A stretch of DNA of 64,000 bases from the sequence record OP870147.1, one strand, 5' to 3'. The translations under genes and the position numbers were made by a program. Positions 27,660 through 36,241 of the stretch are shown here, piece after piece (positions within the stretch are counted from its first letter, which is position 1; the number at the start of each line of letters is the position of its first letter). The DNA is from Escherichia phage vB_Eco_F31. The notes under the pieces are model-generated. The model was not told the DNA's origin and did not search any database. It saw only the letters and a list, made by a program, of their open reading frames with translations.

Positions 27660-27862
27660 TATTCTTCTACATGTTGTTTACGGCCTTTCTTATCAATAAA
27701 GGTATATTCAACGAATGTTCCGATGTAGTCTTTATCTACATCATGTGGACTATTAATTGGACATTTAGTACGACAAATGCGTTCCCATTGACGAATAATT
27801 ACTGCCTTATTCTTTGGATCGTATGGATGTGGATAATGTGTATTCATAATAACGGTTCCCAA
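27635..27862 (-). CDS. hypothetical protein
   Basis: 75-aa ORF. Confidence 0.5.
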   Translation of the reverse strand: MGTVIMNTHYPHPYDPKNKAVIIRQWERICRTKCPINSPHDVDKDYIGTFVEYTFIDKKGRKQHVEEYCLKVTWL

Positions 27863-28341
27863 TCAACAATCACAATTTCTAGTTTAGTAGAATACGTATC
27901 TAAAATCTCTTCGATGACATCCCAGTTTCCACCACCAATACCTGCACCAATTCTTGGCATATAAATTACAGGCTTTATTATCTTATTCTTTCCGAATTCA
28001 TTTAATTCTATTATACAATTCATTAAAGCAGAGTACTCAAAATTAGGTCCCGGCTCAAACTGTGTATAAAGATTAAAGCAATAAGCTTTATGGGTCTTAA
28101 AATATTTTTCATAAACCGAATAAGTCCCGAGTTTAGACTTGTCTCCGAATTCGGTTTGAAGTTTATCGGCTTCTAAAATTTTTGGATAAGCCTTTGCTAA
28201 TTGGCCTGCTACACCGGCGCCCATTGTATGAAAACAATTACACCCATGAGCAATATTATTACCTTTAGAAAACAGGGCGACAATATCGCCCTTGATATAG
28301 TTTTTAATCACTTGCTGCAAGTCCTCTATTATAAGAGTCAA
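27844..28341 (-). CDS. macro-domain-like protein (possible ADP-ribose binding/hydrolysis)
   Basis: KGDIV...NIAHGCNCFHTMGAGVAGQ and PRIGAGIGGG resemble macro-domain Gly-rich motifs. Confidence 0.55.
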   Translation of the reverse strand: MTLIIEDLQQVIKNYIKGDIVALFSKGNNIAHGCNCFHTMGAGVAGQLAKAYPKILEADKLQTEFGDKSKLGTYSVYEKYFKTHKAYCFNLYTQFEPGPNFEYSALMNCIIELNEFGKNKIIKPVIYMPRIGAGIGGGNWDVIEEILDTYSTKLEIVIVDWEPLL

Positions 28342-28651
28342 CTAGACGGTCTACCATAGAATTGCATGCTGCCTTATCTTTAGGTTCCGCCACCGAGCAT
28401 TCTAATATTTGCCATTTTTTATAGTATCTTTTAATTAAGGTAGACGCCTTGAACCTACTAGACGCCCCATCTTTTTCTCCGTCTTTATACGCATATAACA
28501 ATTTTTGTGAAAAATCTACTTTACACTCTTGACTTTTACCACAGTAATCAGACGCCGTTCTGTTTGTATACTCCGTTACATCAGTATATGTAGTATTAGC
28601 AAGAGCGTTAAATGAAACCAAGCTAACTATTAAAGCCAACATTTTGGTCAT
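28304..28651 (-). CDS. hypothetical secreted protein
   Basis: Signal peptide MTKMLALIVSLVSFNALA; 4 Cys. Confidence 0.55.
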   Translation of the reverse strand: MTKMLALIVSLVSFNALANTTYTDVTEYTNRTASDYCGKSQECKVDFSQKLLYAYKDGEKDGASSRFKASTLIKRYYKKWQILECSVAEPKDKAACNSMVDRLVDSYNRGLAASD

Positions 28652-29190
28652 TCTTTTATTTCCAGTAGTTTATTTGATTTAAGGTAATTAGCCTTTTCTA
28701 GGACTTCAGAAGCATATTTACTTCCAGCACTTGTCTTCCATCCCGCATTATATGAGGATATAGCTTTTCTTATATCCCCGTTATGTATATTTAACCAATA
28801 AGAAAATTCGATATAAGCCCATCTGGCTGAATTAGACCGCTTAGATAGCATTTTCTTAATTTGGGCATCAGTCATATTATAACCAAGCTGGTTAATTCTT
28901 GCCCTCATTGTTGGTAGATAATTTTGGAACATTCCATACGCATGGTGACCTTTCTTATCTTTAAGATTAATACCGGCAGATGATTCCTGCCATAGTATTG
29001 CGGCCATTATGTATCCAAGTCCTTTCTTATGCATATTTTCATGCGTTTTAAATTTTCCGTCCTTAGAAAACTGTTCCCCAAACTGATAAGCATAATTCAA
29101 GTTATCGAGTTGGACATTACTAAAAGTATGCTCGGAGCTATGTGCTGATAACGAAAGAGCAAATAGACCAGCGAGTAGTGCTTTTCTCAT
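28648..29190 (-). CDS. secreted lytic transglycosylase-like protein (SLT domain)
   Basis: Signal peptide; SLT motifs LWQESSAG, YGMFQ, SYNAGW. Confidence 0.6.
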   Translation of the reverse strand: MRKALLAGLFALSLSAHSSEHTFSNVQLDNLNYAYQFGEQFSKDGKFKTHENMHKKGLGYIMAAILWQESSAGINLKDKKGHHAYGMFQNYLPTMRARINQLGYNMTDAQIKKMLSKRSNSARWAYIEFSYWLNIHNGDIRKAISSYNAGWKTSAGSKYASEVLEKANYLKSNKLLEIKE

Positions 29191-29198
29191 GTTTACCT

Positions 29199-29657
29199 CT
29201 AGATTTTAATCACTGCTTTAGAAGCTTTTCCTGGTAGTCGTTTACTGTTAATAATAGCCATTCTACATTGAAGAGTCTTCATTTTGAATGCCGGATTTTC
29301 GCGACAAACTGTAAGTCCTAACCAAAGATTTCCGTCAGTTATTTCTAAACGGCCTGGACGATACTCGACACCTTCGACAAAATCTTCATCAACATCTGGA
29401 CGTGCCGGCATTGATAAAAATTCTGCAACTTCTTTAACGTGATTTTTTACTTTATGAAATAATTCAAAAACGTAATTCTCATCTATTTCTCTCTGGATGG
29501 CACGATCTAAGAGATGTTGAGAATACTTGATATGAAAGCCTGGTAGTCCAAGAGACTTTGCAGCATCTTTTATACCGGCATTTATTTTGCGGAACTCCGT
29601 TTCAAAGATTCGACGGAGTTTATTACGGCGGATAAAAACTTCCGAATTGATAGTCAT
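29199..29657 (-). CDS. regB: endoribonuclease RegB
   Basis: 152 aa; MTINSEVFIRRNKLRR...QHLLDRAIQREIDE...GRLEITDGNLWLG close to T4 RegB from memory. Confidence 0.92.
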   Translation of the reverse strand: MTINSEVFIRRNKLRRIFETEFRKINAGIKDAAKSLGLPGFHIKYSQHLLDRAIQREIDENYVFELFHKVKNHVKEVAEFLSMPARPDVDEDFVEGVEYRPGRLEITDGNLWLGLTVCRENPAFKMKTLQCRMAIINSKRLPGKASKAVIKI

Positions 29658-29685
29658 TTTGATTTCTCCTCTAGTTGACAGGTCT

Positions 29686-29713
29686 ATAGTAACACAACTA
29701 GAGGAGAAGTAAA
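29686..29713 (-). promoter_or_regulatory. early promoter inside 13-bp SD-sequestering hairpin (regB)
   Basis: TTTACT-N16-TACTAT; perfect repeat TCTCCTCTAGTTG (29665..29677) / CAACTAGAGGAGA (29695..29707); one arm contains regB SD. Confidence 0.6.
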
Positions 29714-29718
29714 CTACT

Positions 29719-29934
29719 TTATTGATAAAATGGAGTTAAAGCCCAAGATTCTTTAGATACCATATTGGCGAAATGCCTCATCTCTTCGATTTGGCGACGA
29801 CGCTGGTCAGCATAGTCTTCTTCGCCTTCTTCCTTACAATCTTCAAGGTCTTCTTCAAGATACTTTAAGTATTCACTACAAATTTTGTTGACCTTTTCTT
29901 GAAAGTCCAATAACCCAGTAATAGTAGAAGCCAT
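29719..29934 (-). CDS. hypothetical protein
   Basis: 71-aa acidic ORF. Confidence 0.5.
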   Translation of the reverse strand: MASTITGLLDFQEKVNKICSEYLKYLEEDLEDCKEEGEEDYADQRRRQIEEMRHFANMVSKESWALTPFYQ

Positions 29935-30200
29935 TAGTATTTTTCCTCAGGTCGAAATACTGCACGACATGCCCACATGCTGGCTTCTTTTAGATGTTGC
30001 TTAGCATACTTAAGAGCCTGTACTGCATCCATATCTTCTTTGGTTTGTTGCTCTGTTTCATTTTCTTTCAAGATATATGCTTCTTCAATCAGAGCATCAA
30101 ACAACAATCCAAGACGGACTTCTGCATCTTTAATAGCGTTCACTTTACCGATTTTATCGTCGGTATGTGGCTTGTAGCCTTTGATGTCTTCAATCGACAT
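29934..30200 (-). CDS. hypothetical protein
   Basis: Start placed at ATG 30200 (MSIEDIKGYK...), SD GAGGA. Confidence 0.45.
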   Translation of the reverse strand: MSIEDIKGYKPHTDDKIGKVNAIKDAEVRLGLLFDALIEEAYILKENETEQQTKEDMDAVQALKYAKQHLKEASMWACRAVFRPEEKY

Positions 30201-30414
30201 AAGGAATTTCCTCATCGGTGGCAAGGTCATATTCGACCAATTGGATAGGCTCATTAATACCATATCCACGTACAGTGATATCAGTTGTCGGATAGTTTCC
30301 AGTAATATCACCCATTCTAAATGCTTCAGTGAATGATTGCTCGCCTGAGCAACTAAACCAGGCGGCAAAACATTTTAAAACACCTTCAGACCCTTCTATA
30401 ATCAATTTAGCCAT
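30190..30414 (-). CDS. hypothetical protein
   Basis: 74-aa ORF; ATG overlaps stop of grcA-like gene. Confidence 0.45.
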   Translation of the reverse strand: MAKLIIEGSEGVLKCFAAWFSCSGEQSFTEAFRMGDITGNYPTTDITVRGYGINEPIQLVEYDLATDEEIPYVD

Positions 30415-30777
30415 TATAGACTCTCAGTAAAGGTACGAGCGATAACGTCGCGCTGCTGTTCCGGAGTCAGAGAGTTAAAGCGAACTGCATAACCGGATAC
30501 ACGGATGGTCAACTGCGGATATTTTTCTGGATGCTTAACTGCATCTTCCAGAGTTTCACGACGCAGAACATTAACGTTCAGGTGTTGACCACCTTCAATT
30601 TTAACTTTAGGGTTGATGTTCAATTTCAATTTCACGGGCATTCAAACCGTAGAAAATTTCCGGGTCTACAATAGCGTCTTCTTTAAAAGTCTTAGAGACA
30701 ATAATCCGGGCTTGAGTACCGTCTTCAAAATAAATAGTGCCTTTGTGTGTGCCTTCAAGAATTTGATATGCTTTCAT
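30414..30777 (-). pseudogene. grcA: grcA/yfiD-like glycyl-radical cofactor gene, split by a 1-nt frameshift
   Basis: N-part ATG 30777 to stop 30607 (56 aa); C-part 30641..30414 in the +1 frame ends [33 protein letters not shown]; the two parts align colinearly to GrcA across the shift. Confidence 0.6.
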
Positions 30778-30783
30778 ATAACC

Positions 30784-31092
30784 TCAATTAGAAAATAAAT
30801 TTATCCAAGTTTTTTCTTTAATCAAAAATGGGTCGGAATTAAACGCCATTAAACTTTGAGTGATTAATCCCTTAAATGGCCCATCAATAAATTCCATTTT
30901 GAAATGTGGAATACTAGTCATCAACCGTGCATTAGGAGCAGTACAAAGAACCTGCTGCCCTGCGAACGGACCTTTAGTCAAACGGTATCGTTTAGGTTTA
31001 AAATGGTAAATCTCGTAATTTTCTACAAGGGCCCTTTTATTGCATACTAGGCTGTTATAACAATATTCAAAAACTTCAATATTGGTCATCAT
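30784..31092 (-). CDS. hypothetical protein
   Basis: 102-aa ORF. Confidence 0.5.
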   Translation of the reverse strand: MMTNIEVFEYCYNSLVCNKRALVENYEIYHFKPKRYRLTKGPFAGQQVLCTAPNARLMTSIPHFKMEFIDGPFKGLITQSLMAFNSDPFLIKEKTWINLFSN

Positions 31093-31628
31093 TGCATTCC
31101 AATCACAAAAAATTGAGGACGAGCATTACCGCCAATGCAATATTTGCTTTTGCAACAGTGTTGGACTGTTTTAATATGTACATTGTAAATCTTATCCATA
31201 TCAGGAGCTTTAATAGGCTCGTCAATTATATACAGAATACGAGAAAGCGTTAATCCACGGAATTTAGAACCTTCATTGCCAATAAAACTACGAACAGAAT
31301 CAGTAAATAAACGGAATCGAATATCGTCGCTAGAATAACGAGAAAATTCTTTTTCAATGTTGCCAGCAGAAATTTTAGCATAAGCTGAAGTATTAGAAAG
31401 AACAATAACCGTTCCACCATCATACAGCCAATTAGCAGCAAAGTTAGTCACAGCAATTGATTTACCTGATTGTCGGCCACCGTCTAAACGAAGTGTACAG
31501 TACTGCTTGAGTACGTCTTCAAATGGTGGGACATAACCGTTCTTACAAATTTCTTCTACTCTAGCATCAGAATGGTGTGTAAAAGCATTCATCAGGGATA
31601 GATAAGGTCCAGTTAAAAATGTTCTCAT
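31089..31628 (-). CDS. small P-loop NTPase
   Basis: Walker A DGGRQSGKS, Walker B ILYIIDEP; start placed at ATG 31628. Confidence 0.55.
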   Translation of the reverse strand: MRTFLTGPYLSLMNAFTHHSDARVEEICKNGYVPPFEDVLKQYCTLRLDGGRQSGKSIAVTNFAANWLYDGGTVIVLSNTSAYAKISAGNIEKEFSRYSSDDIRFRLFTDSVRSFIGNEGSKFRGLTLSRILYIIDEPIKAPDMDKIYNVHIKTVQHCCKSKYCIGGNARPQFFVIGMQ

Positions 31629-31664
31629 ATTATTTCTCTTAAGGTTTGGGCCATTCCGTGGCAC

Positions 31665-31693
31665 ATGTTAGGTCCTTCGACTCGCTATGTAAA
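31665..31693 (-). promoter_or_regulatory. early promoter
   Basis: TTTACA-N17-TAACAT in the 173-bp GC-richer non-coding gap 31629..31801. Confidence 0.45.
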
Positions 31694-31801
31694 CCCATTA
31701 CCGCACTTGGGCTCGACCTTATTACAGGTTGGAAAAGGTACATCACTCAGAGGACTCGACGTTCATGAGGAGAGGTTGCGTTTCCCTTTATTAGGCAAGA
31801 A

Positions 31802-32131
31802 TTATACTCTAGGCTTTTGAGCTTGTTTGGTATTGGATTCCCATGCGGCTTTGGTAATTTTGTTAGCGGCATAACCAAAGGCATTAGATAGAACACCTTT
31901 AGAGTTGAATACATCCAATCCAATAAGTACACCGGCTGTGTTAAATTTAGGAGCAAAGTACGCATTAGTTTTAGAAAGAGCTTTTTTCAATTCAGGGTCT
32001 TGAACCAAGCCATCAAAAACGCCTTTACTATTTACTTTGTATGTTACTTTGGGATTTTTACCTTCTTCGATAGCAGCTTTCTGTTCCGCAGATAATGTAA
32101 CTTCAGTGATAAACTCCTGATATGTTTTCAT
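31802..32131 (-). CDS. internal protein (capsid-targeted)
   Basis: N-terminal capsid targeting sequence MKTYQEFITE. Confidence 0.75.
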   Translation of the reverse strand: MKTYQEFITEVTLSAEQKAAIEEGKNPKVTYKVNSKGVFDGLVQDPELKKALSKTNAYFAPKFNTAGVLIGLDVFNSKGVLSNAFGYAANKITKAAWESNTKQAQKPRV

Positions 32132-32156
32132 TTTGTTCCTATTGTTTTAATTTATG

Positions 32157-32471
32157 TTATTCTTTAGGGAAGTTTTTAGAGTATGCATCATAAAGTTTAT
32201 TACCAATACGACGGAAGACTTTAGCTGCAAAACGGTTTTCAGGGTTTTTAATCATGATTTGCATCATGTAAGTTCCTGCATCCGAAAGAGCTTCTTCATA
32301 GTACCCATTAATTTCTTTAAGAGTCCTACGTTTACCACCAGGACCATCAACAGTAATTTTCCATTTACCTGTAGAAGTGCGGCTCGGTGGCTCAACTTGT
32401 TCAATCCAAATATAACCACCTTCAACGCGTTGGTTGGCGGATTCTGCAATAAATTCTTTATACGTTTTCAT
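32157..32471 (-). CDS. internal protein (capsid-targeted)
   Basis: CTS MKTYKEFIAE. Confidence 0.75.
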   Translation of the reverse strand: MKTYKEFIAESANQRVEGGYIWIEQVEPPSRTSTGKWKITVDGPGGKRRTLKEINGYYEEALSDAGTYMMQIMIKNPENRFAAKVFRRIGNKLYDAYSKNFPKE

Positions 32472-32535
32472 TTTTTGTTTCCTTGTTTGTTTTGATAGAG
32501 TAATTATACCATATTAATACTTAAGCGTAAACAAT

Positions 32536-32796
32536 TTAAGCTTTACCGCCAGAAATAATTCCGAAGTTGTTAAAATCGTATCCAATATCGTCAACATCCA
32601 CTTTAGGACTTGCTACAACATAAGCAATTTCACTACGTTTTGCATAGGTGTTGATTTCTTTACCATCGCCACCTAAGAAAGAATACCCATTACGTTTTAA
32701 TGAGCCAAAGTCTTCGGCATCACCAATGAAAGCTTTAACTTTAAATTTAGGACATTTGGCATCTGCTTCAATGATAAATTCTTGATACATTTTCAT
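32536..32796 (-). CDS. internal protein (capsid-targeted)
   Basis: CTS MKMYQEFIIE. Confidence 0.7.
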   Translation of the reverse strand: MKMYQEFIIEADAKCPKFKVKAFIGDAEDFGSLKRNGYSFLGGDGKEINTYAKRSEIAYVVASPKVDVDDIGYDFNNFGIISGGKA

Positions 32797-32802
32797 TTTT
32801 CC

Positions 32803-33216
32803 TTAGTAAATTGATTTACCATAGTATTTGTACCAAGTCGGACGTTGAGCAATTTTTTCATCTAAGCGTGCTTGACTTATCGCAATGGACGCTTCGGACG
32901 GGACATAATTATTACGAAATTCGGCAGGGATGTCGGAAATATCCTGGACAGTCGTGTCCTTGATTTTGAAACCACGTTTCAAACATTCGGCTATTAGCTC
33001 GATTTGACGTAAACGTAAAAATTCGAGTTTGTCGTAAAAGAATGTTACGTGACCTGTGCCTAAGATAAATGTTGGAGAGATTTTAAAATCTTTTACACGT
33101 TTACCATTCTGAACATGTTTACGGACTGCACCAAATACGCGTGGTAATTCACGATACTCAGCCATAAGATGTTGGTCGGACAGTTCAGAAACAAGTGTTA
33201 AATTGATACGAGTCAT
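32803..33216 (-). CDS. denV: endonuclease V (pyrimidine dimer glycosylase) DenV
   Basis: From ATG 33216: [34 protein letters not shown]..., close to T4 DenV from memory. Confidence 0.92.
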   Translation of the reverse strand: MTRINLTLVSELSDQHLMAEYRELPRVFGAVRKHVQNGKRVKDFKISPTFILGTGHVTFFYDKLEFLRLRQIELIAECLKRGFKIKDTTVQDISDIPAEFRNNYVPSEASIAISQARLDEKIAQRPTWYKYYGKSIY

Positions 33217-33243
33217 AATTTCCTCCAAGTAGTTGATAGATGT

Positions 33244-33272
33244 ATAGTATCAAAGTCCTTGGAGGAAGTAAA
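33244..33272 (-). promoter_or_regulatory. early promoter inside SD-sequestering hairpin (denV)
   Basis: TTTACT-N17-TACTAT; 9-bp repeat TCCTCCAAG/CTTGGAGGA; one arm is denV SD. Confidence 0.6.
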
Positions 33273-33274
33273 CA

Positions 33275-33556
33275 CTATTTTTCTGAAGCGCCTGAAATAT
33301 ATTTTTCAAGACGTTGTTTCATTAGCGAGCCGTTCTTAGCGATTTCTTCTGGTTTATCGCACATACGCAACAAGGCTTCAAGCTTAGCGATATCGCTGGT
33401 ACGTTCAAATTTGCGAGTATCTATCTTACTAGCAAGTTCAGAAATACGTGCTAATAGACTTTCGGCTTCAACCAAAGCTGCACCTAGCTTAGTTGCAAAT
33501 GTGTCAGTAGCTTCGTTAAGAATAGATTCTGATAAAAATTCACTATATGTTTTCAT
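33275..33556 (-). CDS. internal protein (capsid-targeted)
   Basis: [13 protein letters not shown] from internal ATG. Confidence 0.7.
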   Translation of the reverse strand: MKTYSEFLSESILNEATDTFATKLGAALVEAESLLARISELASKIDTRKFERTSDIAKLEALLRMCDKPEEIAKNGSLMKQRLEKYISGASEK

Positions 33557-34041
33557 ATATACGCTTTCCAAGTTCCTGTTTTAAATGTTGAGATTACGCG
33601 TTTCGCGCGATTAGGTGTCTGACGATACCATTTAGATTGGGCTAGATTTACTGCCGCTTCATCCCAACGTTTCTGTTGAAGCATACGAAGAGAATTAGTA
33701 AAACCGGCGACGCCTGATACACCCATTTGGAAGACCATATTGACCAATGCACACCGACGAACTGCATCTAAAGAATCATATACCGGTTTAAGTTTAGCAT
33801 TACCCAAGATTCCGCGGACGGCTTTATCAACGTCTTCATTAAATAGCTTTTCAGCCTCATCAAGGGTAATTGTACCGTTGCATTTACGTCCGATCATTCT
33901 GTCAAGTTCAGCTTTAGCTACGGCTAAAGACGGATTCTTTGTTACTAAATGGCCAATGCCAATCGTCCAAAAACCTTCAGTGTCTTTGTATAAAGTCAGT
34001 CTAAGACCTTCGTCATTACGAAGCATTTCAAATATATTCAT
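33553..34041 (-). CDS. e: lysozyme (endolysin)
   Basis: From ATG 34041: [32 protein letters not shown]..., T4 lysozyme-like. Confidence 0.95.
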   Translation of the reverse strand: MNIFEMLRNDEGLRLTLYKDTEGFWTIGIGHLVTKNPSLAVAKAELDRMIGRKCNGTITLDEAEKLFNEDVDKAVRGILGNAKLKPVYDSLDAVRRCALVNMVFQMGVSGVAGFTNSLRMLQQKRWDEAAVNLAQSKWYRQTPNRAKRVISTFKTGTWKAYI

Positions 34042-34043
34042 AA

Positions 34044-34067
34044 TACCTCCCACGTTTATAGGAGGTA
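34044..34067 (-). promoter_or_regulatory. hairpin sequestering the lysozyme (e) SD
   Basis: 7-bp repeat TACCTCC/GGAGGTA with TATAAACGTG in loop; TATAAGTA and AATAAATA late-promoter-like elements adjacent. Confidence 0.55.
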
Positions 34068-34075
34068 TTTATTAC

Positions 34076-34534
34076 TTATAGGAGTGTAGTGAGCACCTTA
34101 TATAATGATTTGCCCATTACATATTCCCATTGAGAAGGTTTAATTAAAGCGAATGCATCAAATTCAGGAATCTGTCGTCCGTCTGGGAATGTATGATAGG
34201 AATTACAAACACTGTTTCTGAATTGCTCGTGCTCTACAGGGATGGTATATAGGAACAGATGAATATTCTTATTGTCTGAGTAATGATGTTCACCTAGGTC
34301 TTTCAGGAAGGCAGGGTCGTATTGTGTAAACCCAGTTTCTTCTTCGCATTCACGAATAGCGGCTTCAATAGGAGATTCGCCAGGTTCGACACGGCCTTTA
34401 GGAATATCCCACCTATGAGCTAATGCACCTTTAGAACGAGAACCAGTTACACGCCCCATGAATAATTCTTTATCTTCGGTAAGGAAAATAATACCGGCTG
34501 ATAGTTCTTTCACTTTATTTTTCTTACTCATCAT
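34076..34534 (-). CDS. nudE: Nudix hydrolase NudE
   Basis: Nudix box GRVEPGESPIEAAIRECEEETG; downstream of e as in T4. Confidence 0.9.
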   Translation of the reverse strand: MMSKKNKVKELSAGIIFLTEDKELFMGRVTGSRSKGALAHRWDIPKGRVEPGESPIEAAIRECEEETGFTQYDPAFLKDLGEHHYSDNKNIHLFLYTIPVEHEQFRNSVCNSYHTFPDGRQIPEFDAFALIKPSQWEYVMGKSLYKVLTTLL

Positions 34535-34775
34535 CTCGGTCCCATGATTTGGCCATTAATTCGGACATAAATTCTTCAATGCGCGTTTCTTTAGATGGAC
34601 TTTCACTATTAGAGACCGCAAGTTTGTAATCTGCAATAGGACAGAACATATCAAGGTCCATATTAAGGTCGTCTTTGATTTTTTCTTCTGACACATCTTT
34701 ATCGTATGTGTACAGATAACTATCACATGATTCTGATTTAATGTAAATTGCTATACTCATCTCAAATTCCTGCAT
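34524..34775 (-). CDS. hypothetical protein
   Basis: 83-aa acidic ORF; probable start at ATG overlapping upstream stop. Confidence 0.5.
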   Translation of the reverse strand: MQEFEMSIAIYIKSESCDSYLYTYDKDVSEEKIKDDLNMDLDMFCPIADYKLAVSNSESPSKETRIEEFMSELMAKSWDRDDE

Positions 34776-35248
34776 TCGGTAATAAAACGTTCAACTTCAT
34801 TATTCTTGGCCTTTATCTTGTCTTTACGTTCCTGTAAACTACTTTTAACAAGATTAATAATGATGCCTACAGTACCGCCGCCAATGATGCCGCCAACAAC
34901 ACTTATGATAATAGATGCTAATAAGATAGCAATAATATCAACAAAACCGAAAGAACTCACCTTAGTACTAAAAAACCATACCGACGGTACAAATATAATC
35001 CATCCTGTTATCCATTGGCACTTATTGAAAAACTTTTCAAGCTCAGCTTGAGTTGTTCGTATTACTTCATCGATAGGTTGATATCCATTAATGTATCTGT
35101 TCACGATAATACCTGCTGGCTGGTCGATTTTAAATTCTTGGCAAATATGTTTCACTAAGTAGGATGGACATCCTGTCCAATCTACTGAATAGTACGAAAT
35201 ACCTTCATTGCCGTCGTCAATATTAGACCAATATGTTTTGTTAATCAT
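34757..35248 (-). CDS. hypothetical membrane protein, C-terminal ERFITECR module
   Basis: Hydrophobic helices; C-terminus shares xFIxECR motif with four other ORFs. Confidence 0.55.
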   Translation of the reverse strand: MINKTYWSNIDDGNEGISYYSVDWTGCPSYLVKHICQEFKIDQPAGIIVNRYINGYQPIDEVIRTTQAELEKFFNKCQWITGWIIFVPSVWFFSTKVSSFGFVDIIAILLASIIISVVGGIIGGGTVGIIINLVKSSLQERKDKIKAKNNEVERFITECRNLR

Positions 35249-35934
35249 TACCAGCCTTCCATAGGGAATTCCAGATAAACTTGGGCATTGACACGAATTT
35301 CATTGGTAATCTTTTTAACTCGGTCTGTATTACGAGATACACGTCCGAACCAACGCCATCCGTTACTAATTGCACGAGAACCAGTGTGCCATGTTTGCCA
35401 ATCAAACTGAAGAAGAGTACGATCTGGAGCTTCCCATTTCTCTAGTTCACCTTTTTCAATTTTTTCGAGGACTTCTTTGTGCCACTGGCGATAGATAAGT
35501 TCGCCATCAGGAATCTGACTGAACTCTGCAGTTCCTGTTGCAAAATGAGTAGGACACACGTCAGCGTTAACAAGACCAAGAATATGTTCAGAATGGTAAC
35601 GAGGGTTGTCATAGTCAGGTTGTCCTGCAGTAATAAAGTGTTGACCAACTGGAATATCAGGGCGAGGAACATCGTCATGGTGGTATCCAGGAATAGCAGG
35701 ATACCAACCAGGCATCAGCATATGGACTCGTGAATCAAATACAACATGTTGATTAGTCCAATCAATTGGGAGATTGGCAATAAAGCTACGAGTGATTGAG
35801 CCACCATTATCCCAAGCAAAACCCAAATCACAATTAAAGAACATTGGTTCATTTTTGATTCGGTCATTTTGTACGTTATGTGCAAAACTACCAACTGCAC
35901 GAGCTTGACTATTAAAAGTTTTAGAACTATTCAT
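35248..35934 (-). CDS. hypothetical protein (His/Asp-rich, possible metal binding)
   Basis: 228 aa, PGYHHDD and YHSEH clusters; not assigned. Confidence 0.55.
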   Translation of the reverse strand: MNSSKTFNSQARAVGSFAHNVQNDRIKNEPMFFNCDLGFAWDNGGSITRSFIANLPIDWTNQHVVFDSRVHMLMPGWYPAIPGYHHDDVPRPDIPVGQHFITAGQPDYDNPRYHSEHILGLVNADVCPTHFATGTAEFSQIPDGELIYRQWHKEVLEKIEKGELEKWEAPDRTLLQFDWQTWHTGSRAISNGWRWFGRVSRNTDRVKKITNEIRVNAQVYLEFPMEGW

Positions 35935-35935
35935 A

Positions 35936-36241
35936 TTATTTTCCTCGACATTCTTTAATGAAATTTTCTAGATTGGTAGATTCAATAGCTTTTTTACGAG
36001 CTTCTGCATGTTCTTCTTCAGACAATTTACATTTATAATTAACCCAGACATTATGGTCGAAACTAGTCGTGGCATATAATAACAATGCTCCAACGAATAG
36101 CAAAAACGGCGATAAGAATACAAAACCAGGAACACCATCCATATCGTAAGCCTTTTGTAATACTGCAACAGAAAGAGCTGCGTAAAAAGGTGATGCAAAT
36201 ATTGTTAAAAGACCAATTCGGTTGGTTTCGCCTAATTTCAT
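35936..36241 (-). CDS. hypothetical membrane protein, C-terminal ENFIKECR module
   Basis: Two hydrophobic helices; C-terminus LENFIKECRGK. Confidence 0.5.
   Translation of the reverse strand: MKLGETNRIGLLTIFASPFYAALSVAVLQKAYDMDGVPGFVFLSPFLLFVGALLLYATTSFDHNVWVNYKCKLSEEEHAEARKKAIESTNLENFIKECRGK

Noticed and set aside
31629-31801. GC-richer 173-bp non-coding gap as a possible RNA gene or mobile-element scar
   Set aside because: It contains a good early promoter (31665..31693) and short direct repeats of CTCGAC, but no tRNA-like fold or terminal inverted repeats were found by hand.
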